Virus record (IMG/VR): IMGVR_UViG_3300011187_000002
DNA from: a virus
Lineage: Duplodnaviria; Heunggongvirae; Uroviricota; Caudoviricetes
DNA length: 64,000 nucleotides
Reading direction: 5' to 3' (one strand)
Each line of letters begins with the position of its first letter. Position 1 is the first letter of the stretch. Shown here in pieces: positions 18,653 to 28,975 of the stretch. The notes below the pieces were generated by a model. The model was not told where the DNA came from, did not search any database, and was given only the letters and a program-made list of their open reading frames with translations. The position numbers and the translations under genes were made by a program.

Positions 18653-19423
18653 ATGTTTTTACGAGATCAGATCAAGAAAGTTGGCGACGCTGTTTACCGT
18701 AACGTGTTCACCAAGCGTTTCAGTAAGCGGACACGACGCCGCACAGATAACGATTCACTGAGTTTGGACTTGACCGAGCACAGCTACACGGAGAATGAAA
18801 ACCTTGTCCGTTTGTCCGTCCCTTTCCTGAAAAAGACGTACACGGCAAGTTACAAGTACCCGTCGAATGTCAAAGCTCTTCGCAAAGCCGTCGATGACGC
18901 TTATTTTGAGATCACGACCCTAAAGGGCCGTAGCATTGATGATGCGCTCGAAGACCTTTTTGACGTAGGCCCACAGGTACGCAAAGAAGAGAAAATGACC
19001 AAGGCGATGGTGGACGATGCGTTTGATAACCCGACGCCGCCCACCAAAGAGTCTCTGGAAGTCAAGGATTCGGCCTTAGCCCTCCTTGATATCATCCAAG
19101 AGGAAAACGACCTCACACGTTTCCAAGCCTATTACGTCTTTTCACGTGTGTTCGTATCAGGCGTCCCTGCGGCAGAAAAGACGGGCCACTTGATCGAAGA
19201 GGCGATTGAGAAGGTACGGGAGTATATGGCTTCAAGCGCTGATATGGATAAAATCCGACAGCTTCAACCGAAGCATCCTTTCCCGAAGCAACACCAAGCG
19301 CCTATCGGTGTTCGGGCTAGCGGCCCTGTTCATACGGAAACCCGAGTACGTGACCTTAGTGGGTCATCCCCTACTATCAATGCGCCTTCGGATATATCGA
19401 ACTTGGACGATTCCGACGAGTGA
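18653..19423 (+). CDS. hypothetical protein
   Basis: 256 aa, GGAGG RBS. Confidence 0.7.
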   Translation: MFLRDQIKKVGDAVYRNVFTKRFSKRTRRRTDNDSLSLDLTEHSYTENENLVRLSVPFLKKTYTASYKYPSNVKALRKAVDDAYFEITTLKGRSIDDALEDLFDVGPQVRKEEKMTKAMVDDAFDNPTPPTKESLEVKDSALALLDIIQEENDLTRFQAYYVFSRVFVSGVPAAEKTGHLIEEAIEKVREYMASSADMDKIRQLQPKHPFPKQHQAPIGVRASGPVHTETRVRDLSGSSPTINAPSDISNLDDSDE

Positions 19424-19444
19424 CGCATTTTCCAGACCACTAAG

Positions 19445-19475
19445 AAGGCCCCGGCTATGTTGCTGGGGCTTTTCT
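19445..19475 (+). terminator. intrinsic terminator
   Basis: gccccggc...gctggggc followed by tttt. Confidence 0.6.
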
Positions 19476-19542
19476 TCTCCTTGCTATTGCGACTTTCGAT
19501 CGGTATGGTAAGGGGGTATTTTACACGTATACTAGGTGTGCT

Positions 19543-19983
19543 ATGTCTGATTCGAAGATCATCCCTCTATACCACCTCGGGTTGTTTCTCAGCCTGATAC
19601 CCGAAAGTCCTTTGCGTAAGACCCTGTTCGAACATCGATGTACGCCGACACGAATCACGGGGATACGCAAGGATCAGATCAATGATCAGGTGGAGTTTCA
19701 ATTTCGGTTTCAAGAAAACGGACGCTCTAGGGGCGAACAGTCTTTTGTTGTAGTATGGGATACGGTCGAGGGTACACTGAAGTATTACCTCTCGAAACGG
19801 ACGGGACGTAGTTCGAGTTCGAACAAGAGACACCTCAACGATATGACTTGGTTCATCGAAATCCGAACCCTTCTGGATCACGGGGGTTGGGAATGCGTGA
19901 GGTCAAGGATCAAATTCCTTGATAGCTACATCGAAAACAATTTCGACGATTTTCTGCAGCGTTTCGAAACCGCCGAGGAGTGA
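19543..19983 (+). CDS. hypothetical protein
   Basis: 146 aa, AGGT RBS. Confidence 0.65.
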   Translation: MSDSKIIPLYHLGLFLSLIPESPLRKTLFEHRCTPTRITGIRKDQINDQVEFQFRFQENGRSRGEQSFVVVWDTVEGTLKYYLSKRTGRSSSSNKRHLNDMTWFIEIRTLLDHGGWECVRSRIKFLDSYIENNFDDFLQRFETAEE

Positions 19984-19998
19984 AAATAAGGTATTACG

Positions 19999-20583
19999 AT
20001 GATCAAAAACTACTTTCACGAAACTATCCGCTTTCATCCTGAGCACCTCAAGACTCTAGAACCCGCCGTACAAGTTTCCGAGGTCTCGATGCCTCGTGAC
20101 GAGGCCAGCCGGAAAGTCCGGGGGATTGAGTTTACCGTCCGTGGTTTCCGATATCGGGCTGAATACAACCCCGCTTATGATGCGTTCCGCGTCGTGTTCC
20201 CGATGCAATATGGTTTCGAACGGACAGTGCTCCCTTATTTTAACGCCGACACCTTGCTGGATGCGGTGGAACATGGGATCAACCATTTCGAAGATGAGAT
20301 TTTCCTGAATTACGTGACGTACATCGTCGCTAACACGTTCAAGACACCTTACACTTATCACACTGTGGACGTGGTGAAGCGGGACAATAACAAAAAGGTC
20401 GCACAGCTTTTGATAGGTGGTCTTGTGAAAGCGGTTATCGCTTACCGGCCTGCGGACAAGGAATCTTTCAAGATGCGCCTTGCTAGCCCCTCCGGGGTCG
20501 TGAAGATAGAGGATCTCACTTTGTGGGGTGTTACCTCAAAAACGCGCAAGGCTGTGGCCATGATTTTCCGAGGTGAAGGATGA
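19999..20583 (+). CDS. hypothetical protein (MIKNYF start)
   Basis: ORF in operon, ATGA coupling to next gene. Confidence 0.7.
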   Translation: MIKNYFHETIRFHPEHLKTLEPAVQVSEVSMPRDEASRKVRGIEFTVRGFRYRAEYNPAYDAFRVVFPMQYGFERTVLPYFNADTLLDAVEHGINHFEDEIFLNYVTYIVANTFKTPYTYHTVDVVKRDNNKKVAQLLIGGLVKAVIAYRPADKESFKMRLASPSGVVKIEDLTLWGVTSKTRKAVAMIFRGEG

Positions 20584-21302
20584 TCCGTAATTACTTTACG
20601 CTCCCCCCGAAAATTATCATCGAAGAGGCTTTCGAGGGTGTCCTTCACATTTATGATCAAGGCGAAGGTGAGATGTGGACGTCCGCCACGAACATCTTTT
20701 GCAAATTTGGCGATTGGGACGTTGAAATATACTGCAACCCCAAAGCCGATGTGAACATGGACCGGGGCATTTATATGGCCCGGATTCCTATCCTCGGTTC
20801 TCATCTGCAGTTTAGTCGCTGGACGCCTGAGAGCTTCGCTAAGGCGCTTGATACTGTGTTGGGCCGACTATACAACAACCGGCTGAAGTTGAACGGAGAA
20901 GGTTTCTGGGTGGAAGGTCATGGTGATCTGGAGTTCATACCCGTCGATAAAATTGTCGAAAGGGCGATGCGGGGTGGCGGAAGCGCTTTGGAGGTTGGCC
21001 GTAGCGTCCACCAACTAGTTGAACATTTCGTCGGACATCCCCGGAACAACAACACCTTTTTCGAAATTCGTAGCCAATTGACCAATCAAATGCGGCGGGT
21101 AGGTGTAGCGATTGAAGACACAGCGGACGCTATGTCTTCAATGAACCGGGCTTTCAGTAGCTTACAGACGGAATCTTTGATGGGGCCAAGCACCTTGCGG
21201 AACCCCTGCGGAGAAATAGGCTTTGTCGAAGAAGAGATGTATAGGAGCTTAGGGGTTCCGCTTGAGTTTTTGGAAGACGACGACAACTACAGTTCTAGTT
21301 GA
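20580..21302 (+). CDS. hypothetical protein (MIRNYF start)
   Basis: ATGA overlap. Confidence 0.7.
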   Translation: MIRNYFTLPPKIIIEEAFEGVLHIYDQGEGEMWTSATNIFCKFGDWDVEIYCNPKADVNMDRGIYMARIPILGSHLQFSRWTPESFAKALDTVLGRLYNNRLKLNGEGFWVEGHGDLEFIPVDKIVERAMRGGGSALEVGRSVHQLVEHFVGHPRNNNTFFEIRSQLTNQMRRVGVAIEDTADAMSSMNRAFSSLQTESLMGPSTLRNPCGEIGFVEEEMYRSLGVPLEFLEDDDNYSSS

Positions 21303-21606
21303 GCATCTTTTCGGGCAGCCGGTCCGAGAACTCACTGAAAATTGCCCAGATCCAATCGCGGTTATAGTCCTGAAGGACCATCATGAACCGCATCTGGATA
21401 CGATGGAAAATCTCAACCTGTCTGTCGGGCGTCGCCGACTGGAGGATTGCCTGTACCATCGTTTGCATCAACAAGATGCCGGTCCGTTCAACGGTGTCCA
21501 GTTCCTTTTTGGAAAGGTCTTGCGTACAAAAGGACCGGACATTGTTGAAGTAATCTTCAATCATCAGATCGGTGATTTTGTCAGATTCAATTTCCGTCAT
21601 GAACAT
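21295..21606 (-). CDS. hypothetical helical protein
   Basis: 103 aa, GAGG upstream. Confidence 0.55.
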   Translation of the reverse strand: MFMTEIESDKITDLMIEDYFNNVRSFCTQDLSKKELDTVERTGILLMQTMVQAILQSATPDRQVEIFHRIQMRFMMVLQDYNRDWIWAIFSEFSDRLPEKMLN

Positions 21607-21784
21607 CGGTATATAACCTCATTATGAGTTGTTTTGGTAGCGATAGCCATGTGGATTACCACTATATATAACGTAACATCCAGTGTTCCCTACGTCAAAG
21701 TCTTTTGACAAAGGGGATAGTTAGGGTAAAAGGTGGTAGTGACTATTGATACGTAGCATTAACTTACGAATTGGAGTGGTCCAA

Positions 21785-22636
21785 ATGGGACTCGACGTAT
21801 ACCTGTACCGGTTCACCGAACCAATTAGCGAATTCAAAGGCCGAAGGCGTTCCTTTACCGAAGCGGAAGATGGGCTGTTGTCCACCTTTTTCAAAAAAGC
21901 CGGTGTTTCAAAGCGGCGGGATTTGCCCCTTGGCATGAAAGCCGAATTGGACGACCAGCTAACCGCATTGCGTGAAGAGTATGTGGTTGACGAATACGGT
22001 AACCCCTTGGAAGACAGCCGCATAGAAATCACCGAGGATTCTGAGCTTTACCCGGACCACATGTTTAAGATTGGGTACTGGAGGTCAAGCTACAACAGCG
22101 GCGGCCTGAACCAAGCGCTCCAACGGCGTATTGGGCGGGACCTGTACGACGTGTTCGAAAAGGAAAGTGACTATTACGTCGAGGTGGATTGGGAAACCGT
22201 GCTCCCCAAGGCCAAAGCACTTCTTGATGACTTCAAAAAAGACATCGAGACGAAGGGTGATTTCAACGTGATGAAGATGGAGTACAACCCTTTCAAAAAC
22301 ATCGAAGAGGAAGACGTCACAAACGAAAAGATCGCCCTCGAAGTGTTCGCGGAAGAGCAAAAGAGACAAGCCAACAGCATCCACGGCGGCCCTTATATGA
22401 ACCACCGGGGCCATTTCTTTTTGCAAGAGGGCGTCACGGTTCACGGTTTCATCGAAGGTCGCAGCGAAATGACCGGGGACCCGATGACTTACGTCGTGTA
22501 CAAAAATGAGGTGGCGGAAGGTGACGAAACCTCTTTCGACTGGTACATTCACGCACTGGAAATCGTGGTTGAGACGATCGAATATGTGCTCAAGCAAGAC
22601 GACCCGTCGAGGTACGCATTAGCATGGAGCGCCTAA
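21785..22636 (+). CDS. hypothetical phage protein (MGLDVYLY...YWR type)
   Basis: GGAG RBS, strong codon bias, promoter-like TTGACA upstream. Confidence 0.75.
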   Translation: MGLDVYLYRFTEPISEFKGRRRSFTEAEDGLLSTFFKKAGVSKRRDLPLGMKAELDDQLTALREEYVVDEYGNPLEDSRIEITEDSELYPDHMFKIGYWRSSYNSGGLNQALQRRIGRDLYDVFEKESDYYVEVDWETVLPKAKALLDDFKKDIETKGDFNVMKMEYNPFKNIEEEDVTNEKIALEVFAEEQKRQANSIHGGPYMNHRGHFFLQEGVTVHGFIEGRSEMTGDPMTYVVYKNEVAEGDETSFDWYIHALEIVVETIEYVLKQDDPSRYALAWSA

Positions 22637-22917
22637 CGCCCACGAAAATCAAAAATATGAACCTACAAGACCTCCGGTATCTGCTTCGCAGTGCCAAGAG
22701 GATGCAGGTTCAATCAATAGCCATAACGGTGGTGTTACCCTTGCTGGTCCTATCCGACCTTTACCGGGCGGAGAGTCTGCAGGGGCTTCACGTGTTGGGA
22801 GTCATTTTTGCCGCCCGAATTGTTATGGGTATGTGGAAAGATTATGGTACACTGGAAGCGGACAAGGAATTGCTCCGTGACCGGATCGCTGTATGGGAGG
22901 CCGAACATGAATCATGA
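22624..22917 (+). CDS. small membrane protein
   Basis: Two hydrophobic segments. Confidence 0.5.
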   Translation: MERLTPTKIKNMNLQDLRYLLRSAKRMQVQSIAITVVLPLLVLSDLYRAESLQGLHVLGVIFAARIVMGMWKDYGTLEADKELLRDRIAVWEAEHES

Positions 22918-23332
22918 AGAAATGACAATGCATGATCTCGCTGTCTATCTGCCCAACATCATGCCGGAAGGTCAGATGGTCCGGGAAGGTGACGCGGTAC
23001 TGGTGAGGCTCATGAAACAGTCGGCGATGATTCACCGGGCCACCATCTTGAAAGTGTTCGAGTCCGTGACAGGTGAGGACACAGAGTCTACTGTCCTGAA
23101 CCGTCCCGAAGCTAAGGAACTTTGCATCAAGGTGGAGTTCGAAGGTCAAGAGGGGTCTGAGTATCCCGTGTGGCCCTTTCAAGACAGCATCTATACCTAC
23201 GATTGGGTTAATGATTGGGCCGGTGCTACGGTCGTCGAGGCCCCCAACCAACCCGCACCTAAAAACCCCGATGAAGACAGCGGAAAGGTTCGCCGTCTGG
23301 CTAAAAGGTTCAAGAACATCATTGAAAGGTGA
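22907..23332 (+). CDS. hypothetical protein
   Basis: GGAGG before ATG 22907. Confidence 0.65.
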   Translation: MNHEEMTMHDLAVYLPNIMPEGQMVREGDAVLVRLMKQSAMIHRATILKVFESVTGEDTESTVLNRPEAKELCIKVEFEGQEGSEYPVWPFQDSIYTYDWVNDWAGATVVEAPNQPAPKNPDEDSGKVRRLAKRFKNIIER

Positions 23333-23342
23333 GGGCTAGGCT

Positions 23343-23720
23343 ATGATCATCAACCGGTTTGCAGACCGAATGTTCCTAGAAATCCTACCTCCGACAGGGG
23401 GCGTTTCAGATTTCCTCACCAAAACCCACTTCCCCTTGCCACGGGAATTCAAAGTGTACAACCACGGGGAAAACGTCCATGTGAAATGGGTTTACCAATT
23501 GAATGATTGGGCGGGGACCACGACCTTTGGCTTGCGGTGGTATGTCGACACCGATCAGATCCAGACTTACCATGAAGGTTCCCCGTGCAAGGCGGCCAAG
23601 TGGATATCCGAGTTTCAAAAGGTGCAAGGCAAGGGTCCGTGGATTTCAGACGGCGACACGACCTTACCGGAAAACCTCCTGCGGCACCTGTGGGATAGGG
23701 TGCAGGCTAAGTACTCGTGA
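23343..23720 (+). CDS. hypothetical protein (MIINRF start)
   Basis: ORF in operon. Confidence 0.65.
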   Translation: MIINRFADRMFLEILPPTGGVSDFLTKTHFPLPREFKVYNHGENVHVKWVYQLNDWAGTTTFGLRWYVDTDQIQTYHEGSPCKAAKWISEFQKVQGKGPWISDGDTTLPENLLRHLWDRVQAKYS

Positions 23721-23897
23721 CTTAGAGAGCACTTAGAGAGATTCGTGATCTCGATGTTCGCCGGATTTTATAAAATAAATTAGTCTCGTGACGTTTATAT
23801 CCCTGATTCTAGCCCAGATCTCTCTGGGACTCTCCTCCAACCTGTGCTCTAAAACACCTCTGACTTTTGTGTCATACCCTCTGCACAATAAAATGTT

Positions 23898-23926
23898 TTG
23901 ACGTGAGGACGTAAGTAGGGTATAAA
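23898..23926 (+). promoter_or_regulatory. sigma70-type phage promoter
   Basis: TTGACG-N17(TAGGG)-TATAAA. Confidence 0.8.
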
Positions 23927-23962
23927 TGGGTAGTATCAACTAACTACTCCGAGGATACGACT

Positions 23963-24484
23963 ATGAATATCACGACCCTGAGAAAAAGCGGTTCACTGAC
24001 GGCTGAGGAACTCGAACTGGTCAAGACCCTTTATGGTCAATGGGTTAATGCGGGCTGTCCACCTACCAAGGAAATGACGAAAGTGGCGGTGCCCCGGTTA
24101 ATCAAAACCGTGGAAATCCTGAAAAGCCGCATGGAGTATGAGGGGCGTCTGGAAACCCAAGTCGAGAACCTCCAGAACCAACTCAACGTGCTGGAGCATA
24201 CCGTGGGCCGGTATCGTAATCTGGTGCGGGAATCCGAAGGGATTCGAGAAGGCGGCGCTACGCAACCCAAGGCGCGGGCAATCATCACCGAGCGTGACGA
24301 CCCTGCCAAGTACCAATGGCAATCAGCCAACGAGCTTGCGGACGTACTGGACTTGTCGACCGGCTACGTCCATAATATGGCTGCCGGGAAAGTCAAAAAC
24401 CGCTACAACCTCGAACGTCGCCTTTCTAAAGCGAAAGGTCGTAAGTACGATTTCAGGGTCAAGCCGGAAGACGAAAACGCATGA
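23963..24484 (+). CDS. coiled-coil protein with C-terminal HTH (NUMOD1-like)
   Basis: WQSANELADVLDLSTGYVHNMAAG. Confidence 0.65.
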   Translation: MNITTLRKSGSLTAEELELVKTLYGQWVNAGCPPTKEMTKVAVPRLIKTVEILKSRMEYEGRLETQVENLQNQLNVLEHTVGRYRNLVRESEGIREGGATQPKARAIITERDDPAKYQWQSANELADVLDLSTGYVHNMAAGKVKNRYNLERRLSKAKGRKYDFRVKPEDENA

Positions 24485-25158
24485 TTCGCAACAGACAAAT
24501 CGAAGGCGTTTTACAGTCCTTTCCTATGTGGGCCGGGTTCCTCGTAAAAGGGGAACCCGTCACCGAATTACAACGGGCGGAGATCCTTTTCAGAACCTCC
24601 GATTTCGAGACGTGGTGTAACGACACTGATTGGGTCGAAACTATTCAGAATCACCTTTACACAAGGCGGCCCGAGCGGAATAGACGCTATCAGCGACAAC
24701 CACCTTGGGATGTTTACGAAACTGAGTTTCATGAACGGTACCAGATCCTAGACCTGAAGGTCTTGCACAATTACCGAATCATGTCGCCCTGTTGGGAAGG
24801 GTCTAGGGGCTGGTGTGGTTGGGACGGGACAGTCGGGTGCAACAGTTACAATCTGGATAGGGTGTCCGCTGGGGACCTCATGGCCGATTGGATCCTGATC
24901 GCCAAGACCTTCCCTTACCTCAAGTTGCGGTCACAGATACTAAACAAACCGGTGGAGCTAGCGCACAAATGCAGACCACTTGTGGAATTCGTGGTGGCTG
25001 ACGGGAAAGTAGATATCAGAGAACCGGAAGGGCTATCGTGTGATACCAACCCTCCAAAAGACCTCCGGGATCGCACGGAAAGATGTTGTTCACCTGCCCA
25101 ACTGCAACTGGCCATCCAAGTCAGTGATACCCAGCCAGACCTAGCTGAAGAAACGTAG
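24481..25158 (+). CDS. hypothetical protein (MIRNRQ start)
   Basis: 225 aa, ATGA overlap. Confidence 0.7.
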   Translation: MIRNRQIEGVLQSFPMWAGFLVKGEPVTELQRAEILFRTSDFETWCNDTDWVETIQNHLYTRRPERNRRYQRQPPWDVYETEFHERYQILDLKVLHNYRIMSPCWEGSRGWCGWDGTVGCNSYNLDRVSAGDLMADWILIAKTFPYLKLRSQILNKPVELAHKCRPLVEFVVADGKVDIREPEGLSCDTNPPKDLRDRTERCCSPAQLQLAIQVSDTQPDLAEET

Positions 25159-25477
25159 GGCGGTCCAAAATAGCAACCCCATTGATGAGACGGACAAGAT
25201 AATCGAACGGCGTACCGGGCGGATAGTGGCGTTCTAGTTCCATATCGTCGTCGTCTCGGACAACCAGAGCGATATCAGCAAGACCCCCACCCTCATAAAA
25301 CCATTGCACCACATACAGGATGAGGCACCCATCCGGCTCCGTTTGTTCGGATGGTACGCCCTCCCGAATGTCTCGCCGCCGATCCTGTGCAGGTGCCACG
25401 ATGCAGTAATGCTCGGGATTAGCAACAGGAACGCGGCGTTGGTAGCTACGCACTTTATGAATCCGCCCGCTACTCAT
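25121..25477 (-). CDS. hypothetical protein
   Basis: GGAG RBS, overlaps upstream stop. Confidence 0.55.
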   Translation of the reverse strand: MSSGRIHKVRSYQRRVPVANPEHYCIVAPAQDRRRDIREGVPSEQTEPDGCLILYVVQWFYEGGGLADIALVVRDDDDMELERHYPPGTPFDYLVRLINGVAILDRPTFLQLGLAGYH

Positions 25478-25844
25478 AGTTTTCTCCTAGATCCTTTTTC
25501 ATCCATCCATCTTCGTCATAGATTCGGAAGCCCCAGCGCTCGTACATGTGCTGGAGTTCCTTTTCCGACAGCGGACAATCAGTATAGGGATGTGCTTGAA
25601 GAATAATCGTATACCCTTCAAAGTCCTTTTCAACGCTCTGTAGGATGGCCTTCGCCATCCCTTTCTGACGGTGTTCCGGCTCTACGTACAACCCAACAAG
25701 ATATGTGAATCCTTTTTCCGGTGTGTCGGGTAAGATGACGGCGTAAGCCAGAACATCACCCTCATCATCACGTATCTGGTGGTGCCGGTGGTCATCCAAG
25801 TCACCTATCGGATACCGAATGACCACAAGGTCTTCATTCCCCAT
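25470..25844 (-). CDS. GNAT-family N-acetyltransferase
   Basis: LYVEPEHRQKGMAKAIL and MYERWGF; start at MGNED after GGAGG. Confidence 0.8.
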   Translation of the reverse strand: MGNEDLVVIRYPIGDLDDHRHHQIRDDEGDVLAYAVILPDTPEKGFTYLVGLYVEPEHRQKGMAKAILQSVEKDFEGYTIILQAHPYTDCPLSEKELQHMYERWGFRIYDEDGWMKKDLGENYE

Positions 25845-26181
25845 TGCAGGCGTCCTCCATCTCTTCCCACGAATCGAACACCGGCGAATCCATGTCGAGT
25901 TCACGGCGGTCGTACATCCCTAACCGTTCGGCGACCCGGATTGAGTTAGTGGGTGTTTCGAGCTTTTCCATAAGGATGAGCGCCCCGGCACAGTGCTGGG
26001 TGTCTTCGGTGTTGCGGCCATCCTCTTCGCTGTAGTCCACGGTTTTGTGGCAGCTAAACGTAGAAAATTTATCGGCCTGCAGAGTTTCTTGCAACGAACG
26101 AACCCGGCCTTTGCGCAAATACGCTGATTTGTCGTTGCGGAACGGGCACTCTTTGCACGGTTTTTTCAGATCGAATTTCAT
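25834..26181 (-). CDS. Cys-rich phage protein (PC..CPFR...F.CH...CAG)
   Basis: AGGAGG RBS; conserved Cys/His spacing. Confidence 0.75.
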   Translation of the reverse strand: MKFDLKKPCKECPFRNDKSAYLRKGRVRSLQETLQADKFSTFSCHKTVDYSEEDGRNTEDTQHCAGALILMEKLETPTNSIRVAERLGMYDRRELDMDSPVFDSWEEMEDACNGE

Positions 26182-26202
26182 AGTTCCTCCTTAGTATACT
26201 TC

Positions 26203-26231
26203 CTTATACCCTAACGTCACCTTTCCGTCAA
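26203..26231 (-). promoter_or_regulatory. sigma70-type phage promoter
   Basis: TTGACG-N17(TAGGG)-TATAAG. Confidence 0.8.
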
Positions 26232-26307
26232 GAGGGCGGTATTCCTTTGATAGTGCATGAGAATGTGAATCAAAAATGTCCCGTTGGATACTGTACAGGT
26301 AATTTCC

Positions 26308-27276
26308 ATGTCCAAATACGACCGCTTAATTGACCGCGCCTATCGGACCGCCAAAGGTCAAAGCCAACTCAAAGCCTTTGTGAAAAAGGCGATGGATGGC
26401 TACCGCACAATAGCTGATGCTACCGAGGTAACCGGGGATACCCGTTACGGTGGTCGTGGTGCTAAAATCTGGTATTACAAGCGGGATTACAGTCGAGACA
26501 TTACGATGGGGCATGATTGGCTGTCTAAAAACATGCCGGAGTTGATCCCTTCGTCCCTCCAAGACTTGAAAGAGACGCATGTCCTTCTTGGTGAAGTGGG
26601 CGAGGGCAACCCGGACGAGGTTTTCCAGATGATGCAAGGGACAATCTGGAGTCCTAGAGGCCAAGCTAATTCGTTGATCCGGTCCAAAAAGCTGAATCAT
26701 ACCAGCATGAATGTGGGTGATGTGATTCAGTTCGGCAACCAGCTTTACATGGTTGATCAGGTTGGATTTGAGCGCGTTGCTTCGGTCAAGACTGCACGCC
26801 CGGACACCCCCGAGGCTAATAGCCTGCTGTTGCATATTGAAAACAACTACGATCTTCACAAGGCGGTTCGAGAACAGGAGAAGGATTTGATGAAAGCCCT
26901 CCTTGAAGGCAAGCAACCCAGCGCCCGGCTGATGCTTCCCGTAGTTGAAACGGCAGCGAAGGGTTATTTCAAAGAGTACGCCCCCAAGTCGTGGAAAGAC
27001 ATGTTCAGTGTCGACGAGATTAAAAACGTCGCCACCGAGCTTACCAAGCATTTCTTGATTTCCGTCAAGAGTGGTGAAGCCGTTCCAGACAATTATGACC
27101 TTGATGGTGAAGTGGACCGTTCCAAAATCAACCCCCGCAATGTAAGAGCTATGGACAAAAAACTCAGAGACGACTTGATCAAACTGGCGTATAACAAACC
27201 CGAATTACGTCCCCACCTTTTGCCCCTGTTGAAAACAGCCGGTGATTTTGAGGATGACGTCAAGGGCAAGAAATAA
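26308..27276 (+). CDS. multi-domain protein with YodL-like domain and C-terminal 'LRDDLIKLAYNKPELRPHLLPLL' module
   Basis: HTSMNVGDVI...YMVDQVGF; shared module at C-terminus. Confidence 0.7.
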   Translation: MSKYDRLIDRAYRTAKGQSQLKAFVKKAMDGYRTIADATEVTGDTRYGGRGAKIWYYKRDYSRDITMGHDWLSKNMPELIPSSLQDLKETHVLLGEVGEGNPDEVFQMMQGTIWSPRGQANSLIRSKKLNHTSMNVGDVIQFGNQLYMVDQVGFERVASVKTARPDTPEANSLLLHIENNYDLHKAVREQEKDLMKALLEGKQPSARLMLPVVETAAKGYFKEYAPKSWKDMFSVDEIKNVATELTKHFLISVKSGEAVPDNYDLDGEVDRSKINPRNVRAMDKKLRDDLIKLAYNKPELRPHLLPLLKTAGDFEDDVKGKK

Positions 27277-27280
27277 AGGC

Positions 27281-27676
27281 TCAGACTGAGCACAAAGAGG
27301 TTAACCCTTCTACCAGTTTCTTGTAGAACTGATAGCTCATGCCCTTGCCGGGTACACGCCGCCAACCGTAATTGGCTGCATTTTCCCCAATTTTTATGAG
27401 CTTGAAAAGACTGGTATAGTTAGTGAGATTCGTACCTTCACGGAGTTCGATACTTTCTACACTTCCTATCGGGGAACATTTCACAATCAGATCACGTTCG
27501 TGGGTCCTCATATCCCCGTAGATGCTTACAAAAGGTCGCTCGTATTTGAATATGATCTGGATGTCGTATCCAGATCGACGAATAGAAGTAGGGCCGCCTA
27601 TCCGTTTTGCCACTATATGTACTTGCTTGGATAGGCGGCCCAAAAAGTGTCCTGTGAGCGCCCTATTTCGAATCAT
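27281..27676 (-). CDS. hypothetical protein (MIRNRA start)
   Basis: Overlaps nadD stop. Confidence 0.55.
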   Translation of the reverse strand: MIRNRALTGHFLGRLSKQVHIVAKRIGGPTSIRRSGYDIQIIFKYERPFVSIYGDMRTHERDLIVKCSPIGSVESIELREGTNLTNYTSLFKLIKIGENAANYGWRRVPGKGMSYQFYKKLVEGLTSLCSV

Positions 27677-28343
27677 CGTACACACCGTAATAATTGATGT
27701 ATCCCAGCACCATCTTGTCGAGGAACCCCGCCACTGAAGCCTTTCGCCGCATCATTTTGATGATCCTTGACGACGAAATAGCAGGCAACTGAAAGCCGAG
27801 ATCCACTTCGGTATAGTCCCCGAGAATGTCGGGTGCATCAACCACCGGATGCCCTTGTCGTGGAACCACGATGATTTGAGCCAAGTCACACAGACCCTCC
27901 GCATTGTTCCATTCGGGGATTTCCTCTACCAGATCCCCACCGATGATGTAAGAAAAGTCCACCTCGGGACACGCCTCTTTGAGCGCGGTGAGCGTCTGAA
28001 CCGTGTAGTTGGGTTGTGGGAGTTTCTCTTCGACGGTGAGGACATGAACGCCATTCAAATGTTCGAACGCCAGACGACACATCTCGACCCGCTGCTCGAA
28101 CGGAGCAAGGTGGTCTTTGAACGGGTGGTCAGCACACGGCAAAATCCATAGCTGGTCCAAATCTTGCGTCTGAAGCACGCTCAACAGCATATAGACGTGC
28201 CCCATGTGCGGGGGGTTGAAACTGCCACCGTAAATCCCAACCCGATGACCCTTTCGTCTCGCTGTTCCGACGATTCCAACCCGTTCATCGGGATCGATAT
28301 CCACCCATTTCAAAATGTGGTTTTCGTCGTTGACGTGTTCCAT
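27663..28343 (-). CDS. nadD: nicotinate-nucleotide adenylyltransferase
   Basis: GIYGGSFNPPHMGH, IIGGD, ISSSRI; TAATG coupling with pncA. Confidence 0.92.
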   Translation of the reverse strand: MEHVNDENHILKWVDIDPDERVGIVGTARRKGHRVGIYGGSFNPPHMGHVYMLLSVLQTQDLDQLWILPCADHPFKDHLAPFEQRVEMCRLAFEHLNGVHVLTVEEKLPQPNYTVQTLTALKEACPEVDFSYIIGGDLVEEIPEWNNAEGLCDLAQIIVVPRQGHPVVDAPDILGDYTEVDLGFQLPAISSSRIIKMMRRKASVAGFLDKMVLGYINYYGVYDDSK

Positions 28344-28966
28344 TATTTGAATACCAGCTTTTTCTTGACGATCCCGGACCCGGCGTCCAGCATCTGTGAC
28401 AAGGCAACACCGACGTCGCCTTCGTTTAACTCGACGCCTTCGGTGGCATCCCAAATGAGCTTCGTGTTGAAGCCCTCTTTGCAAGCGTCCAATACCGTGA
28501 ACTTGACGCAGTAGTCGGTTGCTACGCCACAGACGTAGACCGATTTGATATCTTGCTCACGGAGGTAGTCCGCAAGGCCGGTGTCTTCACGGTGCCCGTT
28601 GTCGTAGAAACCGCTGTACGAGTCGACCAGCGGATTCATACCCTTTTCGAACACGGTATCGAACCGGTCGGTATTCAAACCATCGACGAATTCCGCACCC
28701 TCCGAACCCTGAACACAGTGGGTGGGCCAGAGAATCTGTTCCAGACCGTCGAGTTCGATAACTTGCCCCGGTTCCTTACCCTCGTGGTTCGAAGCGAAGG
28801 AGCCGTGGTCAGCGGGGTGCCAATCTTGGGTGGCAACGACGAGATCGAAAACGGGGCTTTCCATCAATTCGTTGATGGTTTCTACCAAGTCACGAGATCC
28901 CGGAACCGCTAAGGCACCGTCATCCATAAAATCGTTTTGCATGTCGACTACGATGAGTGCATTCAT
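28343..28966 (-). CDS. pncA: nicotinamidase
   Basis: ALIVVDMQNDF, QDWHPADH, WPTHC, GVATDYCV. Confidence 0.95.
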   Translation of the reverse strand: MNALIVVDMQNDFMDDGALAVPGSRDLVETINELMESPVFDLVVATQDWHPADHGSFASNHEGKEPGQVIELDGLEQILWPTHCVQGSEGAEFVDGLNTDRFDTVFEKGMNPLVDSYSGFYDNGHREDTGLADYLREQDIKSVYVCGVATDYCVKFTVLDACKEGFNTKLIWDATEGVELNEGDVGVALSQMLDAGSGIVKKKLVFK

Positions 28967-28975
28967 GGGGCGTTC

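Noticed and set aside
28344-28484. Arg-rich N-terminal extension of NadD in the ORF track
   Set aside because: It overlaps pncA; the TAATG-coupled ATG at 28343 is the better start.
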